A stretch of DNA of 64,000 bases, taken from positions 128,001 to 192,000 of the forward strand of contig CAVSGI010000002.1 in the NCBI GenBank assembly GCA_963727445.1, read 5' to 3'. The notes beneath the pieces were generated by a model, which ran no database searches, was not told the DNA's origin, and saw only the letters and a program-made list of their open reading frames with translations. A program made the translations under genes and the position numbers. The stretch's first letter is position 1; each line of letters begins with the position of its first letter. The DNA is from an uncultured delta proteobacterium (GTDB lineage: Bacteria > Myxococcota_A > Polyangia > Polyangiales > B10-G4). Shown here one piece after another: positions 1-11,226 of the stretch.

Positions 1-9
1 GGCCAGGGC

Positions 10-1461
10 GTGATGAATCGTCGGAGTTGGTGGGAGATCTGGGCGCTCGGGGCGCTCGTCGCGGCGGGCGCCTGCGGCGAGGATCGCCCTCCCATGCCGC
101 CCGTTCCCGATGGTGGGATGCGGCCCGATGGCGGCCTGGACTCCGGATCGGCGGACGCGACGCCGGCCCGGCAGGGGGACGCCGGCCCGGTCCTTCCACG
201 CGCCGATCTGACGCTCGTGCTTCCTTATGAAGGCCCGGAGCAGGAGGTGAGCCTCGCCGTCATCGCCGACGCCGCCCGCTTCGACGTCCACTTCTCGATC
301 GACACCACCGGCAGCTTCGGGGAGGAGATCGACACGATGCAGAGTGAGCTCCTGGACCGCGTGCTCCCCGGGATCCGGACCCGGATCGGCGATCTGGCGG
401 TGGGCGTCAGCCGCTTCGAGGACTTCCCTGTCGCGCCGTACGGGGGCACCGAGGACCATCCCTTCACCCTGCTGACCCCGATCACCAACTCCGAATCCAA
501 CGTGGGCGCGGCGATCGCCGCCCTCGACGATCCCCTGGGCAATGGAGGCGACGTGCCCGAGGCCACGGCCGAGGCGCTCTATCAGGTCGCCACCGGCGAA
601 GGCCTGAGCAGCGGGGGCGTTCAATGGGTGCTGCCCTTCGGCCGGCGCGCCGCGCCCGGCGGCGGCGTGCTTGGCGGCGTCGGCTTTCGCGAAGGCTCGC
701 TCCGCGCGGTGGTGCACGTGACCGACGCGCCGAGCCACGCGCCGGCCGACTACCTGCCGGACATCACGGGCGTGCACTCCCTGAGCGACGCGACCGATCG
801 CCTGCGCGAGATGAACGTCGCGGTCCTCGGCATCGCGTCGGGCCGCGTCGCCCGCCCCGACCTCGAGAGGGTGGCGATCGACACCGGCGCGGTGGTCGCC
901 CCCGTGAGCGGCGCCTGCGCCACCGGCGTCGACGGCGCGTCGAACCCCCCGGTCGATGGCGTGTGCCCGCTGGTCTTCGACATCACCCGCGACGGCACGG
1001 GCCTGTCCAACGCGATGGTGGACGCGCTCGTCGCGCTGCTCGACTCCGTGCGCTTCGACGAGGTCTACGGCGAGGCGGTGGACGACGATCTCGGCTTCGT
1101 CTCCGCGATCGAAGCGCGCTCCGCCACGGTGCCGGCAGGGACGACCGAGCCCGGCCGCGAAGATCGGCATCCCGCGGGCGACGACGTCCTCGACACCTTC
1201 GTCGACGTCCGCCCCGGCACCGGTCTCGAGCTGGTGGCGCGATTTCGAAACGACCTGCTCTCGCCCGAGGACTACGATCAGGTCTTCCGCGTCACCGTGC
1301 AGGTGCTTGGCGATGGCCTGGTGCTCGCGGAGCGGGTGGTGCGCGTGGTCGTGCCGCGCCATCGGCTCGACGCGGACGGCGGGATGGACGCCGGCGCTGA
1401 CGCTTCGGCGGATTCGGGCTCCGCGGACGCAGGCGACGGTGGTATGGGCGACTCGGGATGA
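10..1461 (+). CDS. VWA-domain lipoprotein (CglB-like family)
   Basis: Lipobox-like ALVAAGAC; MIDAS-like FSIDTTGS, GGDVPE and VHVTDAPSH motifs; DAG-rich low-complexity ends typical of Polyangia lipoproteins. Confidence 0.75.
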   Translation: MMNRRSWWEIWALGALVAAGACGEDRPPMPPVPDGGMRPDGGLDSGSADATPARQGDAGPVLPRADLTLVLPYEGPEQEVSLAVIADAARFDVHFSIDTTGSFGEEIDTMQSELLDRVLPGIRTRIGDLAVGVSRFEDFPVAPYGGTEDHPFTLLTPITNSESNVGAAIAALDDPLGNGGDVPEATAEALYQVATGEGLSSGGVQWVLPFGRRAAPGGGVLGGVGFREGSLRAVVHVTDAPSHAPADYLPDITGVHSLSDATDRLREMNVAVLGIASGRVARPDLERVAIDTGAVVAPVSGACATGVDGASNPPVDGVCPLVFDITRDGTGLSNAMVDALVALLDSVRFDEVYGEAVDDDLGFVSAIEARSATVPAGTTEPGREDRHPAGDDVLDTFVDVRPGTGLELVARFRNDLLSPEDYDQVFRVTVQVLGDGLVLAERVVRVVVPRHRLDADGGMDAGADASADSGSADAGDGGMGDSG

Positions 1462-1811
1462 GCGCTCGCGCTACGGCGGCAGCGGCACTGTTGCTCGTTT
1501 GTGTCTGCTGCACCGGCGGTCAGTGGAACGGCGGGATCATCGCCCGGCTGGCCTGGTCGGAGATGGGGGGCCTGCGCGCGGTGGAGGTGCCGGACAATGG
1601 CGCCGCCCATCGTGGGGGGCTCCGCTCGGGGGACCGCATCCTCTCCATCGACGGAGAGCCGGTCGCGGGCAGGACCGAGAAGGAAGTGGTCGAGGCCCTC
1701 CGCGGTGAGGTGGGCACCGAGGTGGTCCTCGAGGTCTCGCGCGATGGGGAGACCCTCGAGCTCCGCGTCGAACGGGCTCCGTACCGCCACCGGGGACCCG
1801 ACGGTGACTGA
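1458..1811 (+). CDS. Small PDZ-domain lipoprotein
   Basis: AAHRGGLRSGDRILSIDG...LRGEVGTEVVLEVSR is a CtpA-like PDZ signature; ATGA overlap with the upstream stop. Confidence 0.85.
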   Translation: MSARATAAAALLLVCVCCTGGQWNGGIIARLAWSEMGGLRAVEVPDNGAAHRGGLRSGDRILSIDGEPVAGRTEKEVVEALRGEVGTEVVLEVSRDGETLELRVERAPYRHRGPDGD

Positions 1812-1914
1812 TCACGGCTCGGCCCCCCTGGTGGCTCGAGCGGCTGGATGGCTGAAGGTACCGACCGGGGGCGTTTCGTAGCGATCTCCTTTGTGCGGTG
1901 GGCGATTAGGCGCT

Positions 1915-3537
1915 ATGGCGCCTGTCGTGATCGACCTTTCGACCGTCAACGACTCGATCTGGCTCTACGTCGCCGCGCCAATCCTGGTCGCCTGCGCTCT
2001 GTGGGTCAGCTTCCTCTTGAAGGTCCCGCAGGTCCTACGCCTGGGATCGGCGTTTCGCGGCCTGAGGGCCACGGACCCCGAGGCCGAGGGCGAGACGCCG
2101 GCGGCGACGCCGTTGGCGCTCTCGATCGCGATCACCGTGGGCGCGGCAGCCGCCGTCGCGAGCGCGACCGCCGTGTCGCTCGGCGGCGCGGGCATCCTCT
2201 TCTGGGTCTGGGTCTTTGCGTTCCTCGTCGCCCCGCTTCGCTACGCCGAGGTCATGCTCGCGCGCACCGACGCCCCGGGCCGGTCGGAGGTGAGTGAGAG
2301 CGGCTCGCTGGTGCGGCGCCTGCTGCGCGAGGAGGGAGCGAAGCGCGCCCTCGGCTGGGTGACGCTCGTCGTTCTCGCCCTCACCGGCTTCGCATTCGTG
2401 GGAGGGGTGCACGGAGGTGCGCTCGTCGATCTGGGCGCCGCGACGCTGCCGGCGAGCGTGCCGATGGCGGGCTACGCCGTCGCCGCTGTCGCGGCGCTGG
2501 TGGTGGTGCTCGGCCTTCGAATGGGCGGCGCCCTCGCGGGATGGCTCTCGGCCGCCGCCGCGCTGACGCTGGTGGTCTCCGCCATCCTCGGCATCACAGA
2601 GAACCCGGGCCGCGCCTTCGGCACGCTGGCCCGCATGTTCGGCGAGGCTTTCTCGGGCGCGCCCCTGGCGACACCGTGGGTGGGCGCGAGCGTCAAGGAG
2701 ATCCTCCTCGCCTCGGTCGTCTTCGTCGTGCCGCCCCTGGCCGCCTCGGGCGGCGCGGTCGGTGCGCTTCACGGCGCCGCGCGGGCCAGGGGGACGCGCC
2801 GGCAGGCGGAGACCGCGCTCCTCGGCCCCCTCGCCTACGCGCTGATCGTCACGCTCCTGGTGATGGTCTTCGTCGGCTCCGGCGCGTTCTTCCGGCGCGT
2901 TCACACCGAGCGCCCCTTCGAGGACATCCTCGTCTACCAATCGACCTTCGAGTCGGCGAGCCAGCGCGACGAGCCCGAGCGACTGCACACCGGCTATCTC
3001 CGCGTCGTCGACGGAGAGGCGCGCGATCCCAGCCTCCACTACGGCACCGAGCGGGCGACCATCGAAGAAGCGCGCTTCGAGTTCCGCGGACGGCCAGCGG
3101 ACTTCGCGCTGCATCTGAAGGACGGGCGCGCCGAGCGCATGCTGCGTCCTCACGACGGAACGCTCACCGAGGTCCCACTGAGCGAGCTCTCGGCGCTCAC
3201 GGTCACCGGCGAGATGATCCCGCGCGGCGGCCCGATGGTGGTGGCCGCGATGGAGCGCGGCAGCGGCGGCGACCTCGCGGGACGCCTCGCCTTCATCGCG
3301 GTGCTCCTCTTGCTCGCGGTCGGCGCAGGCGCTTTCGGGAGCGCGCTCGGGCGCTCGCTGCCGGCGAGCGCGCCGAAGTGGGCGACGATCGCCATCGGCC
3401 TTCTGCCAGCGGCGGGGGTCGCGGTCGCGACCAGCGCGATCGTGCCGGATCTCGGGGCGATCGGGGGCATCGCGGCCGCGCTCAGCGCGACGATCGCAGC
3501 GCTCGCGGTGGCGCTCGGCGCGCGACAAGCGGCCTGA
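1915..3537 (+). CDS. Alanine/glycine:cation symporter (AGCS) family protein, divergent
   Basis: Multiple TM helices; ATAVSLGGAGILFWVWV...RYAEVMLA matches the AGCS GGPGA.FWMW...K.AE..LA motif. Confidence 0.7.
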   Translation: MAPVVIDLSTVNDSIWLYVAAPILVACALWVSFLLKVPQVLRLGSAFRGLRATDPEAEGETPAATPLALSIAITVGAAAAVASATAVSLGGAGILFWVWVFAFLVAPLRYAEVMLARTDAPGRSEVSESGSLVRRLLREEGAKRALGWVTLVVLALTGFAFVGGVHGGALVDLGAATLPASVPMAGYAVAAVAALVVVLGLRMGGALAGWLSAAAALTLVVSAILGITENPGRAFGTLARMFGEAFSGAPLATPWVGASVKEILLASVVFVVPPLAASGGAVGALHGAARARGTRRQAETALLGPLAYALIVTLLVMVFVGSGAFFRRVHTERPFEDILVYQSTFESASQRDEPERLHTGYLRVVDGEARDPSLHYGTERATIEEARFEFRGRPADFALHLKDGRAERMLRPHDGTLTEVPLSELSALTVTGEMIPRGGPMVVAAMERGSGGDLAGRLAFIAVLLLLAVGAGAFGSALGRSLPASAPKWATIAIGLLPAAGVAVATSAIVPDLGAIGGIAAALSATIAALAVALGARQAA

Positions 3538-3646
3538 ACGCTCACGAATTCGCGCGGCTAGCAGGTCCGCAGCATCCAAGCTAAGGTGCGCCGCTTCGTG
3601 CGCGCCGAGCCACTCGCGCGCACAGACGACGGGGACCGAATAGGAC

Positions 3647-4510
3647 ATGAGATCGCTAGGGATCATCGGCGGAAGCGGGTTGTACGAGCTCGAGGGCCTC
3701 GAGGACGTGGAGGAGCACGCGGTCTCCACGACTTTCGGCGAGCCTTCGGACGTGGTGCTCAGTGGGCGGCTCGGAGACACCCGCCTGCTCTTCGTTCCAC
3801 GTCACGGACGGGGGCATCGCATCCCGCCTCATCGCATCAACTACCGGGCGAACATCCTCGCGCTGAAGAAGCTCGGCGCCGAGCAGATCGTCAGCGTCTC
3901 GGCGGTCGGCTCGATGAAGGACAACATCCATCCGGGCGACGTGGTGCTGCCGGATCAGTTCTTCGATCGGACGCGAATGCGGCCCAGCACCTTCTTCGAC
4001 GACGACGGCGTGGCCGCCCACGTCGCCCTGGCCGAGCCCATCGACGCCGCGCTGCAGCAGGCGCTCTATCGGGCGGCGGTCGACGCCGACGTGCGCACGC
4101 ACAAGGGCGGCACCTACATCTGCATCGACGGTCCGCAGTTCTCGACGCGCGCCGAGTCGAACATCTACCGGAGCTGGGGCGTCGACGTGATCGGCATGAC
4201 CAACCTGCCGGAGGCGCGCCTGGCCCGCGAGGCGGAGCTCCCCTACGCCACCGTCGCCCTCGTCACCGACTACGACTGCTGGCACGACGACCACGACGCG
4301 GTCACCGTCGAGCAGGTGGTGAGCATCCTCAAGACCAACGTGGTCAACGCGCGCCGCATCCTCACGAACGTCGCCGCGATGCTCCCCGATCCCTCGGAGA
4401 GCCCGGCGGTGAACGCGCTGGAGCACGCGATCATGACCCGCCCCGACCTCATCACCGAAGCCGCCCGAGAGCGCCTGGACCTCTTGATCGGCAAGTACCT
4501 GGACAAGTAA
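3647..4510 (+). CDS. mtnP: S-methyl-5'-thioadenosine phosphorylase
   Basis: GIIGGSGLY, PRHGRGH, INYRANI, GPQFSTRAES, GMTNLPEA and VTDYDCW motifs (DYD indicates the MTAP type). Confidence 0.95.
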   Translation: MRSLGIIGGSGLYELEGLEDVEEHAVSTTFGEPSDVVLSGRLGDTRLLFVPRHGRGHRIPPHRINYRANILALKKLGAEQIVSVSAVGSMKDNIHPGDVVLPDQFFDRTRMRPSTFFDDDGVAAHVALAEPIDAALQQALYRAAVDADVRTHKGGTYICIDGPQFSTRAESNIYRSWGVDVIGMTNLPEARLAREAELPYATVALVTDYDCWHDDHDAVTVEQVVSILKTNVVNARRILTNVAAMLPDPSESPAVNALEHAIMTRPDLITEAARERLDLLIGKYLDK

Positions 4511-4523
4511 GGACCCCGCCAGA

Positions 4524-5501
4524 ATGCACTCCAGTCACCCCATGCTCGTCGTCGGATCGGTCGCCTTCGATACGATCCACAACAACTCCGGAACGCACGC
4601 CAAGATCCTCGGCGGCTCGGCCACCTTCGCCTCGATCGCCGGCGCGGTCTTCTCCCCCGTCCAGCTCGTGGGCATCGTCGGGCGCGACTTCCCCCAGGCC
4701 ACCATCGATCAGCTCACCAAGAAGGGCATCGACATGGCGGGCCTCGAGCGGAGCGACGGCCTCACCTTCCACTGGGAGGGCAAGTACAGCGAGGACCTCA
4801 CCTCGCGCGAGAGCCTCTGCACCGAGCTCAACGCCTTCGCCGAGTTCCACCCGAAGATCCCCGAGGCCTTCCGCGACACGCCCTACGTGATGCTCGGCAA
4901 CATCGCCCCCGCGCTGCAGCTCGAGGTGCTCGACCAGGTTCAGAATCCCCGCCTCGTCGTCGCCGACACCATGAATTTCTGGATCGAGGGCCAGCGGGAC
5001 GACCTGATGAAGGTGCTGGCCCGCGTCGACGTCCTCGTCATCAACGAGGAAGAAGCGCGGCAGCTCTCCGGCAAGCACCACATCATGCAGGTCTCGAAGG
5101 CGCTCCTCTCGATGGGCCCGCGCATCGTGATCGTCAAGCAGGGCGAGTACGGCGCGCTGCTCTTCCACGACGGCGAGATCTTCGCGGCGCCGGCCTATCC
5201 GATCGACACCGTGGCGGACCCGACCGGCGCCGGCGACACCTTCGCGGGCGCGCTCCTCGGCTACGTGGCGCACCACGACAACATCCGCCACGACACGCTC
5301 CGGCGCGCGGTGATCTACGGCTCGGCCCTGGCCAGCTTCTGCGTCGAAGGGACCGGAACCGAGCGGCTGCTCTCGGTGACCCGCGACGACGCGGACCAGC
5401 GTTTCCGGGCGTTCCGCAAGCTCGCGCACTTCTCCTCGGAGGACGAGGTGAGCGAAGTCGAACGAGAAGATCGCGGCCCCGAGGCGCGTCGGGCAAACTG
5501 A
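4524..5501 (+). CDS. PfkB family carbohydrate/nucleoside kinase
   Basis: VVGSVAFD, LGGSATFAS, DTMNFWI and DPTGAGDTFAG (PfkB signature); starts 13 bp after the mtnP stop. Confidence 0.92.
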   Translation: MHSSHPMLVVGSVAFDTIHNNSGTHAKILGGSATFASIAGAVFSPVQLVGIVGRDFPQATIDQLTKKGIDMAGLERSDGLTFHWEGKYSEDLTSRESLCTELNAFAEFHPKIPEAFRDTPYVMLGNIAPALQLEVLDQVQNPRLVVADTMNFWIEGQRDDLMKVLARVDVLVINEEEARQLSGKHHIMQVSKALLSMGPRIVIVKQGEYGALLFHDGEIFAAPAYPIDTVADPTGAGDTFAGALLGYVAHHDNIRHDTLRRAVIYGSALASFCVEGTGTERLLSVTRDDADQRFRAFRKLAHFSSEDEVSEVEREDRGPEARRAN

Positions 5502-5532
5502 AGACCTACGCCGGCGGCGTAGCTGGAGGATC

Positions 5533-6543
5533 GTGATGAAGAAGCTTTGCTTGATGCCACTCGTGTTGACCCTTTTCATGGGCTGCGGTGACGACAGCTC
5601 GCCGCCGAGCGACGGCGGGACCGACGCGACGGTGGACAGCGCGCCGCCCATGGGCACCTGCCCGGTCCCCGACGAGCAGATGGGACCCTGCTGCTACTAC
5701 GCGTCCAACGCCGAGAGCCTCGACCATCCGGCGCTGCGAGTCGCGGGCGTACAGATCACGACGCCGCCCTCCCTCGCCACGATCATCGTGACCACGCTGC
5801 TCGTCGACTCCCTCGACCGCGAGCTCTTCAACTGGCTCATCGACACCGAGATCAGCGGCACCGACGCCAACATCACCACCGGGTACGGCATCAAGAACGC
5901 CGACGGCACCTTCTCCTTCACCATGGGCACCGCCCCCGGGCCGGGCGACGCCAACCGCTGGGACCCGATCTCCATCTCCGGGTCGATCGCGGGAGAGGTC
6001 GTGAGCGCCCCGGTGGTGAGCGAGACCCTCACGGTGCCCGTGCTCGATCAGGACGGGATGAACGTCACCCTCGAGCTGCCGCTCCGGAACATGACCATCG
6101 AGATGGCGACCCTCTCCGAGGATCGCAGCTGCATCGGGCAGCGCCTCCCCGGCAACCGTTGGACCTCGACCGATGGCCTGCTCACCGCCTTCATCACGGT
6201 CGAGGACGCCGACGCGGGCATCCTCGACGTGCCGGACGCGATGATCCACCAGTCGCTCTGCACCTTCATCGCCAACATGCCGGCCACCGCGGGTGACTGC
6301 ACGATGCCGACGGACTGCCCGATGGGCTACACGTGCAACACCGACTCCAAGTGCGCGCGGCCGGACAACTGCCTCGACACCCCGCAGAACGACGACACCT
6401 GGTCCGCCAAGCCCGACGCCCTCTGCGACACCGCGGGCTGCACCCAGGACCCCGGCGACGGCAGCGTCTGCGACCCCGCGACCACCTGCAACGCCTGGTT
6501 CATCAGCGCCGGATTTGCCGCCCAGGGCGTCACGATCAACTGA
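5533..6543 (+). CDS. Cys-rich lipoprotein of unknown function
   Basis: GGAGGA RBS; lipobox LFMGC; strong GC3 codon bias; followed by a terminator. Confidence 0.8.
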   Translation: MMKKLCLMPLVLTLFMGCGDDSSPPSDGGTDATVDSAPPMGTCPVPDEQMGPCCYYASNAESLDHPALRVAGVQITTPPSLATIIVTTLLVDSLDRELFNWLIDTEISGTDANITTGYGIKNADGTFSFTMGTAPGPGDANRWDPISISGSIAGEVVSAPVVSETLTVPVLDQDGMNVTLELPLRNMTIEMATLSEDRSCIGQRLPGNRWTSTDGLLTAFITVEDADAGILDVPDAMIHQSLCTFIANMPATAGDCTMPTDCPMGYTCNTDSKCARPDNCLDTPQNDDTWSAKPDALCDTAGCTQDPGDGSVCDPATTCNAWFISAGFAAQGVTIN

Positions 6544-6568
6544 ATTCGACCATAGTCTCGGGACGATG

Positions 6569-6600
6569 AAGCCCCGCTCGCGTCGCGGGCGGGGCTTTCC
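6569..6600 (+). terminator. Rho-independent terminator-like hairpin
   Basis: AAGCCCCGCTCGC-GTC-GCGGGCGGGGCTT stem followed by a short T tract, 25 bp after the 6543 stop. Confidence 0.65.
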
Positions 6601-6706
6601 CGCATTCGAATCTCGTGTAAAGCTCCTGAGGTTCGGTTGGTTTGGGTGTGCACGAGGCCCCGCCGGGGATTCCGGCGTGAGGACCTACGGGCTCGGGAGC
6701 ACGGGT

Positions 6707-9700
6707 ATGCGCTTCGTTAGGCAGAATCTCTGGTCTTTTCTTCTTCCTCTCCTCGTCTTCGTCGTTCTGGCGTGTGGAGGGGGCAGCTGCGGGGGCTGCG
6801 CCGGCTGCGGGGTCGCGCCGATCCCGGGCGGCTATCCGATCGCCGATCGCGTCAGCAACTCGGCGCAGGTTCGCCTGACCGATGACGGGATCACGTTCAT
6901 CGAAGACAACTTTGATTCGATCGTGATGAATTTCCTGCCGGACGGCCTGGACTTCCCCGTCCCCCGCAGCACGGTGTCGGGTCCGCTGGGAACGAGCGCA
7001 ACCATCTGCGCGGACGACAACTGTATCGCGCACCTGGAGATTCAGAGCGTCGAGCTGACCCCGACAGCCCCGAACACCCTTCACGCGCACCTGCGCCTGA
7101 TCATGGACAGCCGCAACCTCTCCGGCGCGCGCGCTCGGTGGCGCATCGGTCTGCCCATCAGTGACTCCAACCTCGACGTCGACACGCGGCCGGGCTCGCG
7201 TATGTATGTCGGGTTCGCGGCCGATATCCGCTTCCTCGCAGAGACCGAAGCGGCCCGCGCGGGCTACACCTGGGTCAAGGTCGAGAACGCCGATCTCGTG
7301 TCCGGCGAGGGCATCGAAGACGCAGACCTCGATTTCTCCGGCGGCATCTTGTCGTGGGTCCTGAACGCGCTCAAGGGCGTCCTCATCGACCAGCTCGTCG
7401 CCCAGGTGACGGGCCTCTTGGACTCCGCCCTCGGCGACGCCCTCTGCACGCAGCAGGGCGAGTATGGGTGTCCCACCGGCACGGTCGCGGCCGGACCGGA
7501 TCCGACGGACGTCTGCGAGTACACCGCCGGCGGCCGCTGCGTCCCGATACTCCTCGGCACCGACGGCCAGGGCGATCTCGGTGAGGCGTTCCTCGGAAGC
7601 ATCTCTCCCGGCACTCACGCCCCGGGCCAGTTCCTGCTCGCGTCGGGCGGCGACGGCGAGGCGGTCAACGGGGGCATGAGCCTCTTCATGTACGGCGGCT
7701 ATCGCTCCACCGACCTCACCTTCATGACCTCGCCCGCGCACAACCCGTGCGTACCCGTGGTCGATCCGCCGCCCCTTCCGACCATCCCGCGGGTCGACAC
7801 CTTCCGGGGCAACACCATCCCCGGCGGCGGCAGCGCCCACGTGGGCATCGGCCTGTCGGAGTCCTTCCTGAACCACGCGGGCTACGGGATGTTCGACTCG
7901 GGCCTTCTGTGCATCGGCGCGGGGACGCGGCTGAGCCAGCAGCTCTCGACGGGGCTGCTCTCGGCGCTGATCACCTCGCTCCGCGGCGTGACCTTCCCGG
8001 AGACCAACGCTCCGGTGGCGATCGCGCTCCGGCCCCAGACCCCGCCGACCTTCGAGGTGGGCGCGGGCGACGGCACCGAGCCGCTCCTCACCGTCGCGCT
8101 CGATGGTGTGCAGGTCGACTTCTACGTCTGGTCCACCGAGCGATACATCCGCTTCATGACCTACGCGGCGGATCTCTCCATCCCGATCAACCTCACGGTC
8201 ACCGACGGCGAGATCGTGCCGGAGATCGTCGAGGTCGGCGCGTCCAACAGCGTCGTGACCAACTCGGAGCTGTTGAGCGAAGACCCGATGCTCCTCGCCT
8301 CGCTGATCGAGACGGTCATCAGCGAGTTCGCGTCGATGGCCACCGGCGGCCTGAGCCCCTTCGCGCTGCCGGACCTGATGGGCCTGGCGCTCGAGGTGCC
8401 CGACGGCGGCGTGACCGGCGTCGACGACGCGCGGTGAGGAGTTCGTCGGCATCTTCGCCAATCTCGCGCTGGCGTCGGGCTCGGCCTACTCGGCCAGCGT
8501 CGACACCCGCGCCACCCTCGATCCCATCCAGATCGATCCCGACGTCCTCGACCTCGCCACCTTCGGCCAGGGCGAGCACCCCTGGGTGCGCGTCGTCGCG
8601 GACGCGGACGGCCCGAGCGGCGCCGGCTACGAGTACAGCTGGCGCGTCAACGGCAAGCCGTGGAGCCCCTGGACCACCGACCGCATCCTCACGATCCAGG
8701 ACCCGGCCTTCCTGCTCCAGGCACGTCACGAGCTCGAGGTGCGGGCGCGCATGGCGGGTCAGCCCCTCACGGTCGATCCGACGCCGGCGTGGTTCGAGGT
8801 GCTGGTGGACGTCCTTCCGCCCCTGGTCGAGGTGGACCGGAGCGGCCGTGGCGTGAGCATCACGGCCAGTGACGTCCTGACGGAGCGCGAGGACCTCGAG
8901 CTCCGCTACCGCATCGACGGCGAAGGCTGGACCGAGTGGCAGAAGCTGCCGGACGACGCCTTCGTCCCCCTCCCCTACGACGACGCGAGCATGGACGTCG
9001 AAGTGCGCGACGAGGCGGGCAACGTGGGCGGCGCGAGCGCGGCGCTCATCCGCGGCCTTCCCAACCCGGACGCCGCCGCGGGCTGTGGCTGCTCGACCTT
9101 CGACGAGCGCACCTCGCCCTTCTCCGGCCTCGCCTTCCTCATGGCCTTCGCCGCGTTCCTCCTGCGCCGGAGGTCTCAAAGACGACCCTCGAAGCGGCTC
9201 GGCAAGAAGGCGAAGTCGGCCGCCAAGTGGCTCTCGATCCTGATCCTCCTGTCCATCGTCGGCTGTGATTGCGGGGGCGGCGACAACCCCGACGGCGGCA
9301 CGGACGGCATGATGGGCTGCTCCTCGTGCGTCGCAGCGGTCCCCCCGGCCACCGCCGGCGGCATCTGCTGCGAAGCCACGAACATGTGCATCTCCTACGA
9401 CCTGATCGAGCTCTGCGATCCGGGCTTTCAGTGCTCCAGCGGCGACCAGGTGGCGGTGGACGAGTCCTGCAACCTCACCTGCAACGACTGCGTGCGCTCG
9501 CCCGCCCTCAACCCCGGCCTTCTGGCGACACACCTCGACATGCACGTGAACGACGACGGCAGCGCGGTGCTCTCGGGTTACAGCCCGGGCGACGCGCCGG
9601 CCCGCGTCTACGGCGACCTGGTCATCGGCACCGCGCCGGCCGGGCCCGGCGACATGGTGCAGTGGGAGATCGTCGACGGCGCCCCCGACATGCCCATCAC

Positions 9701-10826
9701 CAACGACCCCGACGGCTATCGCGGCGGTGTGTCCGCGCCCGGCCCCGACGTCGGCCGCTGGACCAGCATCGCCGAAGCGGGCGGCACCTATTACGTGAGC
9801 TACTACGATCGCGACAACGGTGACCTCAAGCTCGCCTACGGCACCCCCGGCACCTGGACCGTCATCGTGGTGGACGACACAGGCGACAGCGGGCGCTACT
9901 CGTCGATCGTGATGACGCCGGACGGCGCCCCCGCCATCGCGTACCTGCAGATCACGCCCGGGGACGGCGGCGCCATCGAGAGCCGCGTGAAGGTCGCCGT
10001 CGCGGACAACGGCAGCCCCACGGGCCCGCCCGACTTCTTGAGCACCGAGATCGCCGGTGGTCCCATGGACTGTCGCCCGGCGTTCTGCGACGACACCACG
10101 ACCTGCACCGAGGGCGGGCTCTGCGTCACCGACAGCGGGGACTGCGGCGGCAGCTGCGCGATGGATCAGATCTGCGTCTCCGGGACCTGTGAGACCGCGC
10201 TACCCGACAACTACGTCGAGGACATGCCGCCGGCTCTGGGGATGTACAACTCGCTGGTCGCGACCGACTCCGGCCTCGCCCTCGTCTACTACGACCGGTC
10301 GAACGGCAACCTGTGGGGCGCCGCCTACGACGGCAGCGCCTGGGCTGCGCCCTTCCTGATCGACGGCTACGGCGCGGGCACCCTCGGCGTGGGCGACTCG
10401 GGCCTGGCGGCGAGCCTCTTCGTCGACGCGGCCGGCGTGTGGCACGTGAGCTACGTGGACGGCGCCGAGGAGAACCTCCGCTACGCCCGCATCGAGGGCG
10501 GCATGGTCACCGCCGAGACCGTCGACAACGGCGCGACCGACGGCACCGATCCCAATCCGGACGGCCGGCACATCGTGGGCGACGACAGCTCCATCGTGGT
10601 GACCGAGGGCGGCGAGATCCGCATCGCCTATCAGGACGCCACCTCACGCCGCGCCATGCTGGCCCGCCGGCCGGCGAGCGGAGGCGAGTGGACGATCTCG
10701 ATCTTCGACGAGACCGACAGCACCGGTTTCTGGATCGAGCAGAGTCTGCTCGGAACGACCAGCGTGATCGCGACCTACTACCGCAGCGCATCCGACGGCG
10801 GCACGCGCCTCTTCAACGTGGACTGA
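6707..10826 (+). CDS. Large surface lipoprotein (possible BPI/LBP-like N-terminal region, internal MYXO-CTERM signal, second lipoprotein-like domain); +1 frameshift near 8430
   Basis: ORFs 6707-8437 and 8586-10826 join as ...GVDDA/GEEFVGIFANL if one base near 8430 is removed; N-terminal lipobox VVLAC; GCGCS-TM-RRR at 9081-9175. Confidence 0.75.
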
Positions 10827-10845
10827 GACCGGTGCTGCGCGCGCG

Positions 10846-11091
10846 CTACCAGGTGCGCGCGCGGACCGGAACGTCTTCGCTGCTCTTCGCGACGTAGTCG
10901 CGGCGCGTCTCGCTGACGAGCGCCAGGAGCTCGTCCTTGTGGACGATGCCCGCGTCGAGGAGCGCGGCCATGTAGCCGTCGGCGTAGCCGTGGGCTCGGG
11001 AGAGCCGCGCGTACGCGGTGCCGCCGAAGCGCGCCTTCAGAACCTGTTCGAGAAGCTCGGCGACCGTGGCCTTGAGCTGTTCCTTTTCCAT
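10846..11091 (-). CDS. Small hypothetical protein (MEKEQLKATVAELL...)
   Basis: GGAGGGTGAG upstream of ATG 11091; typical codon bias; helical RAHGYADGYM motif. Confidence 0.7.
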   Translation of the reverse strand: MEKEQLKATVAELLEQVLKARFGGTAYARLSRAHGYADGYMAALLDAGIVHKDELLALVSETRRDYVAKSSEDVPVRARTW

Positions 11092-11226
11092 CTCACCCTC
11101 CAGGGTCCGACCATCACGAAGCCGCAGCTTCGGCGTCGGCAAGTCCGCTCGCCCGCGGACCAGGACGGGCATACGCGGAGCACCCGTCGGCGGTCAAAAA
11201 AGCGGACGCAACCGACGACCCGCCGC

